DNA of 64,000 bases from an uncultured Halobacteriales archaeon (GTDB lineage Archaea; Thermoplasmatota; E2; JACPAO01), in assembly GCA_964408365.1 (NCBI GenBank), contig CAYOZB010000001.1, positions 2,157 to 66,156 on the forward strand, read 5' to 3'. Made by a program: the position numbers and the translations under genes. This document shows, piece by piece, positions 8,169 through 16,973 of the stretch (position 1 is its first letter; each line of letters opens with the position of its first letter). Under the pieces are notes generated by a model, which had not been told where the DNA came from, did not search any database, and saw only the letters and a list, made by a program, of their open reading frames with translations.

Positions 8169-8639
8169 CTACGCCACTTCGGCGCCGTGCTGGGAACCCT
8201 TGGCCATCGATGGGCCGGGTCCGCCGTCCTTCTTTTCGAACTTGACCACGGGCATCGGGATCGGTGGTGGCAGTTGGACGGCGCGCGCGAGCGTCACGGC
8301 TTCCGGCAAGCAGGCGTGCATGATGGTGGTGTGGATCTCGGAGGCGGCTTCGCCGGGCATCTGCTTCTTCTCTTCCCATTCTTTGATGGCTTGGGGAGCC
8401 AACGGGCCGCTGTAGAGGAATTCGCCTTCGATCTTGATGACGCCGAGCGGACCGTACACGGCGGTATAGTTGAACTCGATGTGGGCCGAGTTGGGACCTT
8501 CGGGGCGGATGACGGTGACGGCGAGGTTGTTGTCGATGCGGACCTGGATGGGGGCGGGGGCGACTTTGAGGAATCTTCGCGCTTCGACGTTCTTGAGTTG
8601 GAGCTGTGAGACGTTTCCCATCTTAGACGCCCGAACCAA
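8169..8639 (-). CDS. Hypothetical protein (start probably MGNVSQLQLK at about 8621)
   Basis: Protein-like composition (NYTAVYGPLGVIKIEGEFLYSGPLAPQAIKEWEEKK) but I recognise no motif. Confidence 0.35.
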   Translation of the reverse strand: MVRASKMGNVSQLQLKNVEARRFLKVAPAPIQVRIDNNLAVTVIRPEGPNSAHIEFNYTAVYGPLGVIKIEGEFLYSGPLAPQAIKEWEEKKQMPGEAASEIHTTIMHACLPEAVTLARAVQLPPPIPMPVVKFEKKDGGPGPSMAKGSQHGAEVA

Positions 8640-8698
8640 AATACCCGTCCGTGATAAGCATTTGGGGTCGAACGTTCACTGCGACGAACGCAGCCGCG

Positions 8699-9634
8699 TC
8701 AACCGGCCCCGTGGAGCGTTGTGATATCGGCGACGACATGGTCCGCACGGTCTTCGGAAACGCCGCGGGAGACCAGGAACTTCTTCGCCTTCGCGGCGTT
8801 GGGTGGGGCAAATTTTGGTCGGAACTTTCGGTCGATGGGATGCGACAAGAACACGTCTCGTACCGCTTCGTACTCGGGCATCTTGCCGCCGCGTTCCGCG
8901 AGCGCCTTCGCCAAGCTTCCGTGGCGTTTGATGATCTGGATCGCCGTCACGGGACCGACGCCGCGCACGCCGTCATTGTAATCGGTGCCGATGAGGATCG
9001 CCGCGTCGACCAATTGTTCCCGCGTCAAGCCCGCTGCGGCCAGCGATGCTTTGAGGTCAAGGAGCTCCGGCGGACGCGTCTTGCTCTGCGTCAGGTTGCG
9101 AAGCGCACGAGGCGCGCCAAAAAGCGCGATGTCCCAATCCTGCGTCACCGCGGCCCACGCGTCCCCATCTTGCGCAAGATGCGCGCATTGCGCATCCGAC
9201 TCACCGGGGGCGACCATGTTGGGGATGCCCAACGCGTCGAGCAACGTGCGGCATTCCGCCAGGTCCTCCGGGGTGACTTCGATGCCCGCCTGCGTATCGC
9301 CCCGGGCGCGGGCGGCCTCGATCTTTTCCACGCGACCGATGAGGGTCGCCTGTTTCAGCTCCGGTTGGACACCATCGAAGATCCACGCACTCTTGACGCC
9401 CCACGCAGCGTAGGCGCGCAACCGGCCCACGAGCCCGTACAGGTGCGCCATCGGGCGACCATCCGGCGCGCGCGGGAAATCACCGGTCGCCCCCAGCGCG
9501 GTGGCGAAGGCCCAGATGAGGTTGTCCGCGTCGACGGCGACGACCCTGCCGGATAGTTTCGTCGGATCGAACGGGACCGGCGAGAGGATCTTGCGGAGGG
9601 CGGAGAGTCCCACGATTCCCGAAACCGCCTGCAT
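8699..9634 (-). CDS. fen1: Flap endonuclease 1 (FEN-1)
   Basis: RVVAVDADNLIWAF...GRPMAHLYGLVGR...IFDG...PGESDAQCAHLAQDGDAWAAVTQDWDIALFG...GTDYNDGVRGVGPVTAIQ (H3TH) follow the archaeal FEN-1 motif order. Start at M104 of the track ORF; the upstream part is non-protein-like. Confidence 0.8.
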   Translation of the reverse strand: MQAVSGIVGLSALRKILSPVPFDPTKLSGRVVAVDADNLIWAFATALGATGDFPRAPDGRPMAHLYGLVGRLRAYAAWGVKSAWIFDGVQPELKQATLIGRVEKIEAARARGDTQAGIEVTPEDLAECRTLLDALGIPNMVAPGESDAQCAHLAQDGDAWAAVTQDWDIALFGAPRALRNLTQSKTRPPELLDLKASLAAAGLTREQLVDAAILIGTDYNDGVRGVGPVTAIQIIKRHGSLAKALAERGGKMPEYEAVRDVFLSHPIDRKFRPKFAPPNAAKAKKFLVSRGVSEDRADHVVADITTLHGAG

Positions 9635-9942
9635 CTGATGGAGTTTTTGCCAGAGCAGGCCAGCCGTTCGAATCGTGGCCCGCGGTGGGATTATCAAAGG
9701 GCTCGAGAATCTTGCTGGTTTCCCTGCGTTCGGACCAGTTGTATCGGGCGCTCCAACCGTGATGACCGACCAACGAATCTGAGCAAGTGGTTTCGGAGCC
9801 TTTCCGCGGCTTCCGCGAATGTTACCGATTGGGAGAGAAAACGTAAATGATGGCCGCGCAAAGCGCGTGCGCATCGTTATCATTGGATGGGCAGTCCCAG
9901 CGCCTACCTCTTGTAAGGGGCCATCAAGGAGGAACAAGAACA

Positions 9943-10413
9943 ATGCGTACCCGAGGAAGTTGGACCATTACGATTGTGACCGGAGCATTCCTGACCATGG
10001 CGCTCGCCGCACCGATGGCGGCAAGCTATGCGGAGGCCGAAGCCAGCGTGGACATGAGCGGACTCGGAGGATGGACTTGCACGGCGCGGATCGAATACTA
10101 TGCGTACGCCGACGTCCCAGTTTTTGACATCGGGGCAACCGTCCTCGCTGAGGGTTCCGGCACCGCAGCGCCAACGCTCGCCGACTCCGGAATGGCACCC
10201 GCAAAGACATCTGCTAGCGTTGACTGGGACCAGACAATCTCCGTGCCGGCCGGCGAATTCGCTGTAGCCTTTGCGCACGCCCGTTCCCAAGGAATCATCA
10301 GCGGCACGCAGGACGCCACGATGGACGATGACGCCCAATGCGAAGAAGGCGTGGCTGACGAACTGTGCGAGCTTAATCTCGCGTTCTGCGACCCCCTGCG
10401 ACCGAAACCTTAG
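9943..10413 (+). CDS. Small secreted protein (signal peptide; unknown function)
   Basis: AAGGAGGAAC Shine-Dalgarno 8 nt upstream of the ATG; MRTRGSWTITIVTGAFLTMALAAPMAASYAEA signal peptide; four Cys. Confidence 0.45.
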   Translation: MRTRGSWTITIVTGAFLTMALAAPMAASYAEAEASVDMSGLGGWTCTARIEYYAYADVPVFDIGATVLAEGSGTAAPTLADSGMAPAKTSASVDWDQTISVPAGEFAVAFAHARSQGIISGTQDATMDDDAQCEEGVADELCELNLAFCDPLRPKP

Positions 10414-10467
10414 CGAGCAACCTACTTCTAACCGCGTGGAGTATCACCTGGGAAGGGTTTGGTAACA

Positions 10468-11976
10468 ATGAGACGCGGCTTCTCCGTCCTTCTCATCCTC
10501 ATGTTCATGCCGTGGGCTGGCTGCCTTGAAAGCCTCGCTGACACGGGCGAGTGCACCGTACATCTCCCAGCTGTGACGGCAGGCGACACGTACCTCTACG
10601 AGGCAAATGGGTCCCTTGCACACATCTACACGACAGCTGGCGCCGTCACCCATTGGACCGCTGTAGACGATACTTGGACGGAGGGCAACCTTGCGTTCGG
10701 AGGCATCCTGACCGTCAACAAGGGAGCAACGCTGAAAATTCGGATCGCAGACCAGCCAATCCCGCGCCTCCAGTACCAAGGCCTGGTGCGGCCGGCCTAT
10801 CAAATTGCGTACGAAGTGAAAGACCCCGCGCACGAACCCGTTTTCCACTACGTGGACGAATGGATGGATGCCGAATCAGGGGACTTGGTGGCCGCCAGCT
10901 TGCGTGCCACATATGATTTTGGCGACGACCAAGACCATCTTATCCGCCTCATGCGGGACGGCCGCGCTCCATTATTCATTTCTGGCGCCTTGCCGTCGGA
11001 ACTAGAAGCGGGGCACCGAATTGGGATTAACTCGGCCCCGGAAGTTCGCGGCGGACCACGCGCTCGAGCCGAACGAATTGAAGGAGGAGCGGCTCTGGAC
11101 GGTAGCGTACAGCGCACGGAACTCATCCGCGGCGTGTGTCATGCATTCGTCGAGATCGAGTACAGCGAACTAAGAAACACGCGTTCTGAAATTCAGATAC
11201 AAATCCGTGCCACATACCGGGACGGGCGTCCCCTCCCTGTCGAATACACCGAACACTATCCGCCGTCCTTCGGGTATCTCGACATGAAGTTGGTCCTAGC
11301 GGAGTACAGGGGGGCCAATGGCGCGGCCCTGCCAGAATGGAACCCGCCTTCCCGACAAAATGGCTCCCTAAAGACACAGATCGCGCCCGATGGCTTCTTG
11401 CCTTACACGAAGAACATCTTCCCGACCACATTCGCGGAAGCGGAACAGGCAATCCGCGCGGACGAAGTCGCCGCGACATGGCTCAACGCAAGGGCCGATG
11501 CAACCTTGCTTGAGGTGAGGCACGTCATGGGTGACCCATCGACCGACGCCGTAGACCAGTGGGAGATAACATGGGCGGACAACGAAAAAGCGCTTCTCAC
11601 GGCCACCGCCACGAAGCGCCGCTCATTATTGCCTGATACACCCGTGACGAAACGCGAGGAAATTCAGGTCACGACCAAGCTGGGCGACAAAGCCGACGAC
11701 CTTCCTGGGCCGGTGACACCAAGGATCGCTCTTGATGACATGGACAAGTTGTCAAGGACGTTCTACAAAGAACCGTTGGAATTTCTCTCGTGTGACTTCT
11801 TCCGAAATGATTGCTGGTTTGGATCCCACAATGTTACGGGGTGGCCGAAGGCCGGGGAGACGGGCGGCGGCCTGCCGCAACCGGGCCTAATGATATTCCT
11901 TGAGGCCGGGTGGCTGTTCATGGAACAATCCTATGCGCAGCGCGCATTAGACGACGCGGCCGCCCCAGAGGCCTAG
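10468..11976 (+). CDS. Secreted lipoprotein, unknown function
   Basis: MRRGFSVLLILMFMPWAGC (lipobox-like AGC). 500 aa without recognisable catalytic motifs. Confidence 0.5.
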   Translation: MRRGFSVLLILMFMPWAGCLESLADTGECTVHLPAVTAGDTYLYEANGSLAHIYTTAGAVTHWTAVDDTWTEGNLAFGGILTVNKGATLKIRIADQPIPRLQYQGLVRPAYQIAYEVKDPAHEPVFHYVDEWMDAESGDLVAASLRATYDFGDDQDHLIRLMRDGRAPLFISGALPSELEAGHRIGINSAPEVRGGPRARAERIEGGAALDGSVQRTELIRGVCHAFVEIEYSELRNTRSEIQIQIRATYRDGRPLPVEYTEHYPPSFGYLDMKLVLAEYRGANGAALPEWNPPSRQNGSLKTQIAPDGFLPYTKNIFPTTFAEAEQAIRADEVAATWLNARADATLLEVRHVMGDPSTDAVDQWEITWADNEKALLTATATKRRSLLPDTPVTKREEIQVTTKLGDKADDLPGPVTPRIALDDMDKLSRTFYKEPLEFLSCDFFRNDCWFGSHNVTGWPKAGETGGGLPQPGLMIFLEAGWLFMEQSYAQRALDDAAAPEA

Positions 11977-12113
11977 AGGTGACCGTTCGGCTTTCGGCCC
12001 GATTGGCGCAAGCAACCGGACGAGCTCGGTTATCAGGACAAGCCACCGACGCACCGACCCACTTTCACCCATCCCCTCCCGTTCCCTAAGTACCATGAAG
12101 CCCGAATGCGTCG

Positions 12114-13094
12114 ATGTTGGCCGGAGGGACCCCAGCGCCAAGTCTCGAGGAAGCAGCGAACGCCATCCTCGAAGAAGTCCAGGGCACACTCGACCATCCC
12201 CTCGAATTCTTGCCGATCCAAGTCGCAAAGCACGGGCGACGTTGTGCTGCCGTCGACGGTGGCTCGACGGTCGTCCTCAACGCGCGCACCGCCGGCATGT
12301 ACGCCATCCGAGCGGGGTACGCGCTTCGCGAACCCGACGACCGCCACTTGCTCCGGATCTCCTCCAACACGTGGCGGACCGCCACGAAACGTTCCACCGG
12401 CCGACTCTGGACCGAACTCAAACGCCACTACGCGTGGGGCGTCGACGTGGAGGCTCCGAAAATCGACGCGGCGCGCCTCGTCCCGCAATTGGCGGAAGCA
12501 GAACGGGTGCTCGCCGAGTTCGACGCCTCTCGCCGCGCCCTCAAGGAACTCCGCTCCGGCGATCTTCTCCTCGTCGACGGATCGTTCGACGATGAAGAAC
12601 GGTTCGCTCCGCTTCGAGAGAACCTTCTCGAATGGGCCGAAGCCGGCGGCGTTGGCGTCATCGGCGTGTCCAAGGACACGAGCCTGTCCGTCGGGGGCAT
12701 CCTACCGTTCACGTTGGAACTCGAAGAGTTGAGCGCGTCGCGAAAAGTGACGGCCCCTTGGATGGTGGATGTCACCGCTGCGCTTGGTTACGGCGAACGG
12801 GGATTCCAAGTGTTCGGCATGCAATTCGACACGCGCTCCACGCCCTACCGGGTCGACGTGTCGGGGGTCGACGCGGCGGAGGCAGCCTCGTTCTTGCTGA
12901 GCCTCTGCAACGATCCGGCGTACGCGGGCTACCCCTACCCACTTGCGCGTGTGCACCAACGGGTGCATTACGAAAGCGGCGAATCGATGGACCTGCGACG
13001 CGAACTCGAAGGCATCGTTGCGCGACGACGAGGCCACCGGCTCAGTATGCGACTCTTTGGAAACGGACGGGACGTGCTGGAACTTGCCAACTGA
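12114..13094 (+). CDS. nurA: NurA 5'-3' nuclease
   Basis: CAAVDGGSTVV (the NurA IDGS-type motif), size about 325 aa, immediately upstream of HerA. Confidence 0.7.
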   Translation: MLAGGTPAPSLEEAANAILEEVQGTLDHPLEFLPIQVAKHGRRCAAVDGGSTVVLNARTAGMYAIRAGYALREPDDRHLLRISSNTWRTATKRSTGRLWTELKRHYAWGVDVEAPKIDAARLVPQLAEAERVLAEFDASRRALKELRSGDLLLVDGSFDDEERFAPLRENLLEWAEAGGVGVIGVSKDTSLSVGGILPFTLELEELSASRKVTAPWMVDVTAALGYGERGFQVFGMQFDTRSTPYRVDVSGVDAAEAASFLLSLCNDPAYAGYPYPLARVHQRVHYESGESMDLRRELEGIVARRRGHRLSMRLFGNGRDVLELAN

Positions 13095-13128
13095 ACATGA
13101 CGTCGGACGCATCACGGGAAAAAGCGTT

Positions 13129-14664
13129 ATGGAGCTTGAGCTCCGCGTCCCCTACCGACTCGACGTGAGCCTCGGAGAGATGCTCGTCGGCGTCGAGGAA
13201 GGATCAGAACGGACGTTCCTGCTCCGCGTCACGAACATCCTTCACGGCGCCGAGTCGACCCACGATGACTGGGAGCACCGCGTCGCCGGCTCGATGATGC
13301 GCCTCGACAAGGAGAACGCCAAGTACGATCTCCACGACCGAGAAGAGCGACTGTATCAGGTCGCGGTCGCAACGCCCTTGGGGTTCATCGACAAGGAAGA
13401 GTCGCCGCCCCGGCTTCGCAAACCAAAAACGCTTCCGCCGCAGTTTTCCCTGGTCCGGCGCCTCAATAAGGAGGATCTCGAATTCCTCGCTTCCTACGAG
13501 CAAGACATCCCCATCGGGAAACTCCGAAGCGGATCCCATACGTTGGAGCAGCGCGTCGGAATCCACGGCCGGTACCTGGGCCACCACATCGGCGTGTTCG
13601 CGACGACGGGCATGGGAAAGAGCAACCTCATGAAGACCTTCGGCGCGAGCATCATGCGTTCGCACCGGTACGGCATGCTCGTCTTCGATCCCCATGGCGA
13701 ATACTATGATGGAGGCGCGGGCGTCCTGCCGGACGGACGGAAGCTGCAGGGCCTCATCCATTCGCCCGACGCGGCCGAGCGGCTCGTCGTGTACTCGTCG
13801 CGCCAACTTTCCGGCCCATACAACCAACTCAAGATCAGCGCCGCCGAGATCACGATCGCGGACCTCAAGGCCGTTTACACGTTCTCTCAAGCCCAGGAGG
13901 AATGCTTGTGGGCGCTCAACGCAGTCTACGGGGAAACATGGCTCCTCGATCTCGCATCGTCCAGTCCTGAGGAGCTCAACATCCACTTCGGCTCGAAATT
14001 CCACGAGATGACCCTGGCCGTGCTCAAGCGGCGCGCGGAGCAGGTCCTTCGGTTCGATGTCGTGCACGCCGACCCCGGCGTCACGGTGACGCCTGGGATC
14101 TTGAAGGCGCTCGAGGAAGCGCGGTTGGTCCTCGTGGACACGGCGAGCTTGTGGGAACCCGAGGAACTCCTCGTTTCCGCCGTATTGGCGCGCAGTGTCT
14201 TGAAACGCAACAAGGAGCGGTTCAAGCGCCCCGTAGAATTCCAGGCGACGCCGCATGTGATCATCGCGATGGAAGAAGCGCAACGCGTGCTCGCGAACCG
14301 CGAGGGCGAAGCATCCGTGTTCGCTCAGATCGCGCGTGAGGGTCGCAAGTTCAAGACCGGCTTGTGCGCGATCACGCAGCAGCCGAAGCTGATCCCCGAG
14401 GAGCTCCTATCCCAGTTCAACACGTTCTTCATCCTGGGCTTGGCCGACGAACGAGACCGGGAGATCATCGTCGGCAGCGCCAAGCAGGACATGGGTGCGT
14501 TGGTGCATGAGATCCAGACGTTGGAACCGGGCGAGGCGATCATCGCGTCGCCGAACGTGCCCTTTGCGGTCCCCGCCAAGGTCGACCTGTATGAGGACCT
14601 CTTGCCGACGCTGACGCGCAATGGCGTGAAGCTCGTCTCGCCGTTGCCGAAGGCGTTCTACTGA
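13129..14664 (+). CDS. herA: HerA hexameric DNA helicase/translocase (FtsK-HerA superfamily ATPase)
   Basis: Walker A FATTGMGKSNLMK; Walker B/acidic IIAMEEAQRV; about 510 aa. Start at M63 of the track ORF, 35 nt after the NurA stop. Confidence 0.8.
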   Translation: MELELRVPYRLDVSLGEMLVGVEEGSERTFLLRVTNILHGAESTHDDWEHRVAGSMMRLDKENAKYDLHDREERLYQVAVATPLGFIDKEESPPRLRKPKTLPPQFSLVRRLNKEDLEFLASYEQDIPIGKLRSGSHTLEQRVGIHGRYLGHHIGVFATTGMGKSNLMKTFGASIMRSHRYGMLVFDPHGEYYDGGAGVLPDGRKLQGLIHSPDAAERLVVYSSRQLSGPYNQLKISAAEITIADLKAVYTFSQAQEECLWALNAVYGETWLLDLASSSPEELNIHFGSKFHEMTLAVLKRRAEQVLRFDVVHADPGVTVTPGILKALEEARLVLVDTASLWEPEELLVSAVLARSVLKRNKERFKRPVEFQATPHVIIAMEEAQRVLANREGEASVFAQIAREGRKFKTGLCAITQQPKLIPEELLSQFNTFFILGLADERDREIIVGSAKQDMGALVHEIQTLEPGEAIIASPNVPFAVPAKVDLYEDLLPTLTRNGVKLVSPLPKAFY

Positions 14665-15281
14665 TCGGCTGAAGCAGGCTTCGGAGCGGGGTCGGGGGCC
14701 GGTGCCGGCGCTGCTTGGGTCGGAATCGGTCGGGCGGGGTCCTCCGGGTGTCGGAGACTGAACACCCAGACCGAGATGCGGCTGGAAAGTCGGGCGACCT
14801 TTCCGTCGACGACCTTCCAAAAACTAGGGAAGTACACGGTGGACAGCATCCAGGCGCTGATGGAGACGACGAGGACGAACATCTCGGGGTGGTCGTCCCG
14901 GTAGGTGATGCCGGAGACGATGAGTCCGGCTTGGTCGACGATGAGGCCCAGTCCGGTGCCGTAGAGCACGGCGGCGATGCGGGTGATGGCGACCCCTTTG
15001 TAGTGGAGGCCGACGAACCCGGCGATGCCAAGGAACAGGATGCCGGTCACGATGTGGTGGGGATGGTAGCCGAAGATGACGGTCTTGCCGCCCATCTCGA
15101 ACACGTTCTCCACGCCGACGGGTGGCACTTTGGCGAAGTAGGTGACCCAGACGCGGGCCCACAAGAAGGCGGCGAGGAAGCTGATCCAAATGAGGAACCG
15201 AGTGTCGCCTCCCCGGGTGCGGAACTCTCGGCGCACCATCCTGGGGACCCACGTAACAAAGCGGGCCAGAGAAGAGGACAC
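14658..15281 (-). CDS. Integral membrane protein (4 TM), unknown function
   Basis: Hydrophobic helices (FLIWISFLAAFLWARVWV; IVTGILFLGIAGFVGL; IAAVLYGTGLGLIVDQAGLIV; MFVLVVSISAWMLSTVYF) and a Pro/Ala-rich tail. Confidence 0.45.
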   Translation of the reverse strand: MSSSLARFVTWVPRMVRREFRTRGGDTRFLIWISFLAAFLWARVWVTYFAKVPPVGVENVFEMGGKTVIFGYHPHHIVTGILFLGIAGFVGLHYKGVAITRIAAVLYGTGLGLIVDQAGLIVSGITYRDDHPEMFVLVVSISAWMLSTVYFPSFWKVVDGKVARLSSRISVWVFSLRHPEDPARPIPTQAAPAPAPDPAPKPASADQ

Positions 15282-15349
15282 AACCCCCTTCTTTCCCCGG
15301 ACGAGTACCTAAAGTTTCGCTTGGCTCTCGCAGGTTGGTTGGGGCGGTG

Positions 15350-16795
15350 CTAGCCCGTGGCGGGTTGGAATTCCCCGAGTTCGACCTTGAGGAAAATGTA
15401 GAACGTGAGCCAGAGGTAGGTCTCGAAGGTCTCCGCCATGAGGGCTTCGCCGAACGCGACCTCTTCGGGGGTGAGTTCGGATTCAAAGTCGACGGGGAAG
15501 TTCCAGACCATGTAGCGGGTCCAATTGTCCAGGGTGTCGCGTTGGTTGTGGATGCCGATGGGCGTGTTGAGGGCGTCCCCGTTGAACAGGAAGTAGCTCG
15601 GAACGCCAGCGGCGATGAAACTGGTGTGATCGCTTTGGGCGTTGACGCCCGCGTACCCATTGACTTGGCCACCGCCGACGCCTTCGTAGAGGAAGTACGA
15701 GTCGGGCCAGCCGACCGCCACCTGGGTCTGGATCTCGTGTCCGAGGCCGAGAAGGTTGTCGGCCATGGGGCCGTCGGGGCCGGCGCTCACGATCAACGGG
15801 TCCGGGCAAAAGAAGGGGGCTTGGGCGGTGTGGGCCGGACGGATGGTGCAGTCCGGCACGGTGCCGTCGTTGGACACGGGTGCGGGTCCGGGCCAGGAGA
15901 ACCCGTTCACGTCGAGGTTGACATAGGTACGCATCTGTGCAGCGACGTTCGGGTTCGTCCGGACATAGAATTGGGAGCCTTGAAGCCCAGATTCTTCGCC
16001 GCCCCACAGTCCGAACAGCATGTTGTGGTCGGTGGAGACGTTGGCCATGGCGCGGGCGAACTCGAGGGTGGCGAGGGTACCGGCCGTGTTGTCGAAAGCG
16101 CCTTCCGTCGTGCCCGCGACGACGTCGTAGTGTCCGCCTACGCCGAGCATTTGGGGGTGGGCGAGGTCGGTCTTCGGGTACTTCATGGCGACGACGTTGG
16201 CAAACGGGGGATTGAGGGCGTTGGTGCCGTACGGATCGACTTCGACGTTGTTGTAGCCAAAACTCCGGAACAAGCCGGCGAAGTATTGTTGGGAACGGGC
16301 GTAGTTCGGGCAGCCCTGGCAACGGTTCGGATAGTCGGCACGTTGGACCTTGTACCAATCAACGATGTTCTCGCCCTGGAAGAACCCGGCCGTGGTCTCG
16401 GGCGTCTCGACCTTGACGACGTCGCCGTCGACAGTGAGGGAGACCTCCGTCATGCCGGGTGGGATCAGGAGCGTCAATTGGCTGCTGGGGGTCACGGTGG
16501 CAAGGTGTTCGACGGCGAAACGTTTCGTCGCGGGATCGAACAGGTAGACATTCTCGGGGAAACCGATGATGGCCGCTTTGTCGCCATGCCACGAGAACGT
16601 GGACAGCGCGCCGGAAGCGGTTTTCGCGTCGAATCGGCCCGAACCAGTGTCCACCGACGATTCCAGGTAACCGTTGACGACGTCCGCGAGCTGGGCCTCA
16701 TCCGGGGGCACCTCGGGGCCGTCCTGCGCGCTGAGGCACCCGGCTGAGACAAGGCCGACGACGATCACGAGCGAAGCAACGAAACGGACGGCCAC
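15350..16795 (-). CDS. M28-family aminopeptidase-like metallopeptidase, lipoprotein
   Basis: GGHYDVV, WGGEESGLQGSQ and QSDHTSF metal-ligand motifs of the M28 family. N-terminal VVGLVSAGC lipobox-like signal. GTG start. Confidence 0.7.
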   Translation of the reverse strand: MAVRFVASLVIVVGLVSAGCLSAQDGPEVPPDEAQLADVVNGYLESSVDTGSGRFDAKTASGALSTFSWHGDKAAIIGFPENVYLFDPATKRFAVEHLATVTPSSQLTLLIPPGMTEVSLTVDGDVVKVETPETTAGFFQGENIVDWYKVQRADYPNRCQGCPNYARSQQYFAGLFRSFGYNNVEVDPYGTNALNPPFANVVAMKYPKTDLAHPQMLGVGGHYDVVAGTTEGAFDNTAGTLATLEFARAMANVSTDHNMLFGLWGGEESGLQGSQFYVRTNPNVAAQMRTYVNLDVNGFSWPGPAPVSNDGTVPDCTIRPAHTAQAPFFCPDPLIVSAGPDGPMADNLLGLGHEIQTQVAVGWPDSYFLYEGVGGGQVNGYAGVNAQSDHTSFIAAGVPSYFLFNGDALNTPIGIHNQRDTLDNWTRYMVWNFPVDFESELTPEEVAFGEALMAETFETYLWLTFYIFLKVELGEFQPATG

Positions 16796-16973
16796 CTGTG
16801 GGGCTTCGTGCCGCGTCTATTAGACCATTTCTACAACGCCTCGGTATTTCGGGGAAAAGGGTCCGAGTTGTCCTAGAAAAACCGAAACATGGTCGGGTCC
16901 GAAACCTACCAGTCGGCAGACTCGTCATTTTTCGGCCAAAAACCTCCCATTCCATTGTTTCCCGTTCGGGCTC

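Noticed and set aside
13204-14283. 359-aa minus-strand ORF
   Set aside because: Antisense to HerA; R/E/D-rich low-complexity sequence with no motifs.
15483-16358. 291-aa minus-strand ORF inside the M28 peptidase gene
   Set aside because: Alternative frame of the same strand; about 25% Arg/Pro; no motifs.
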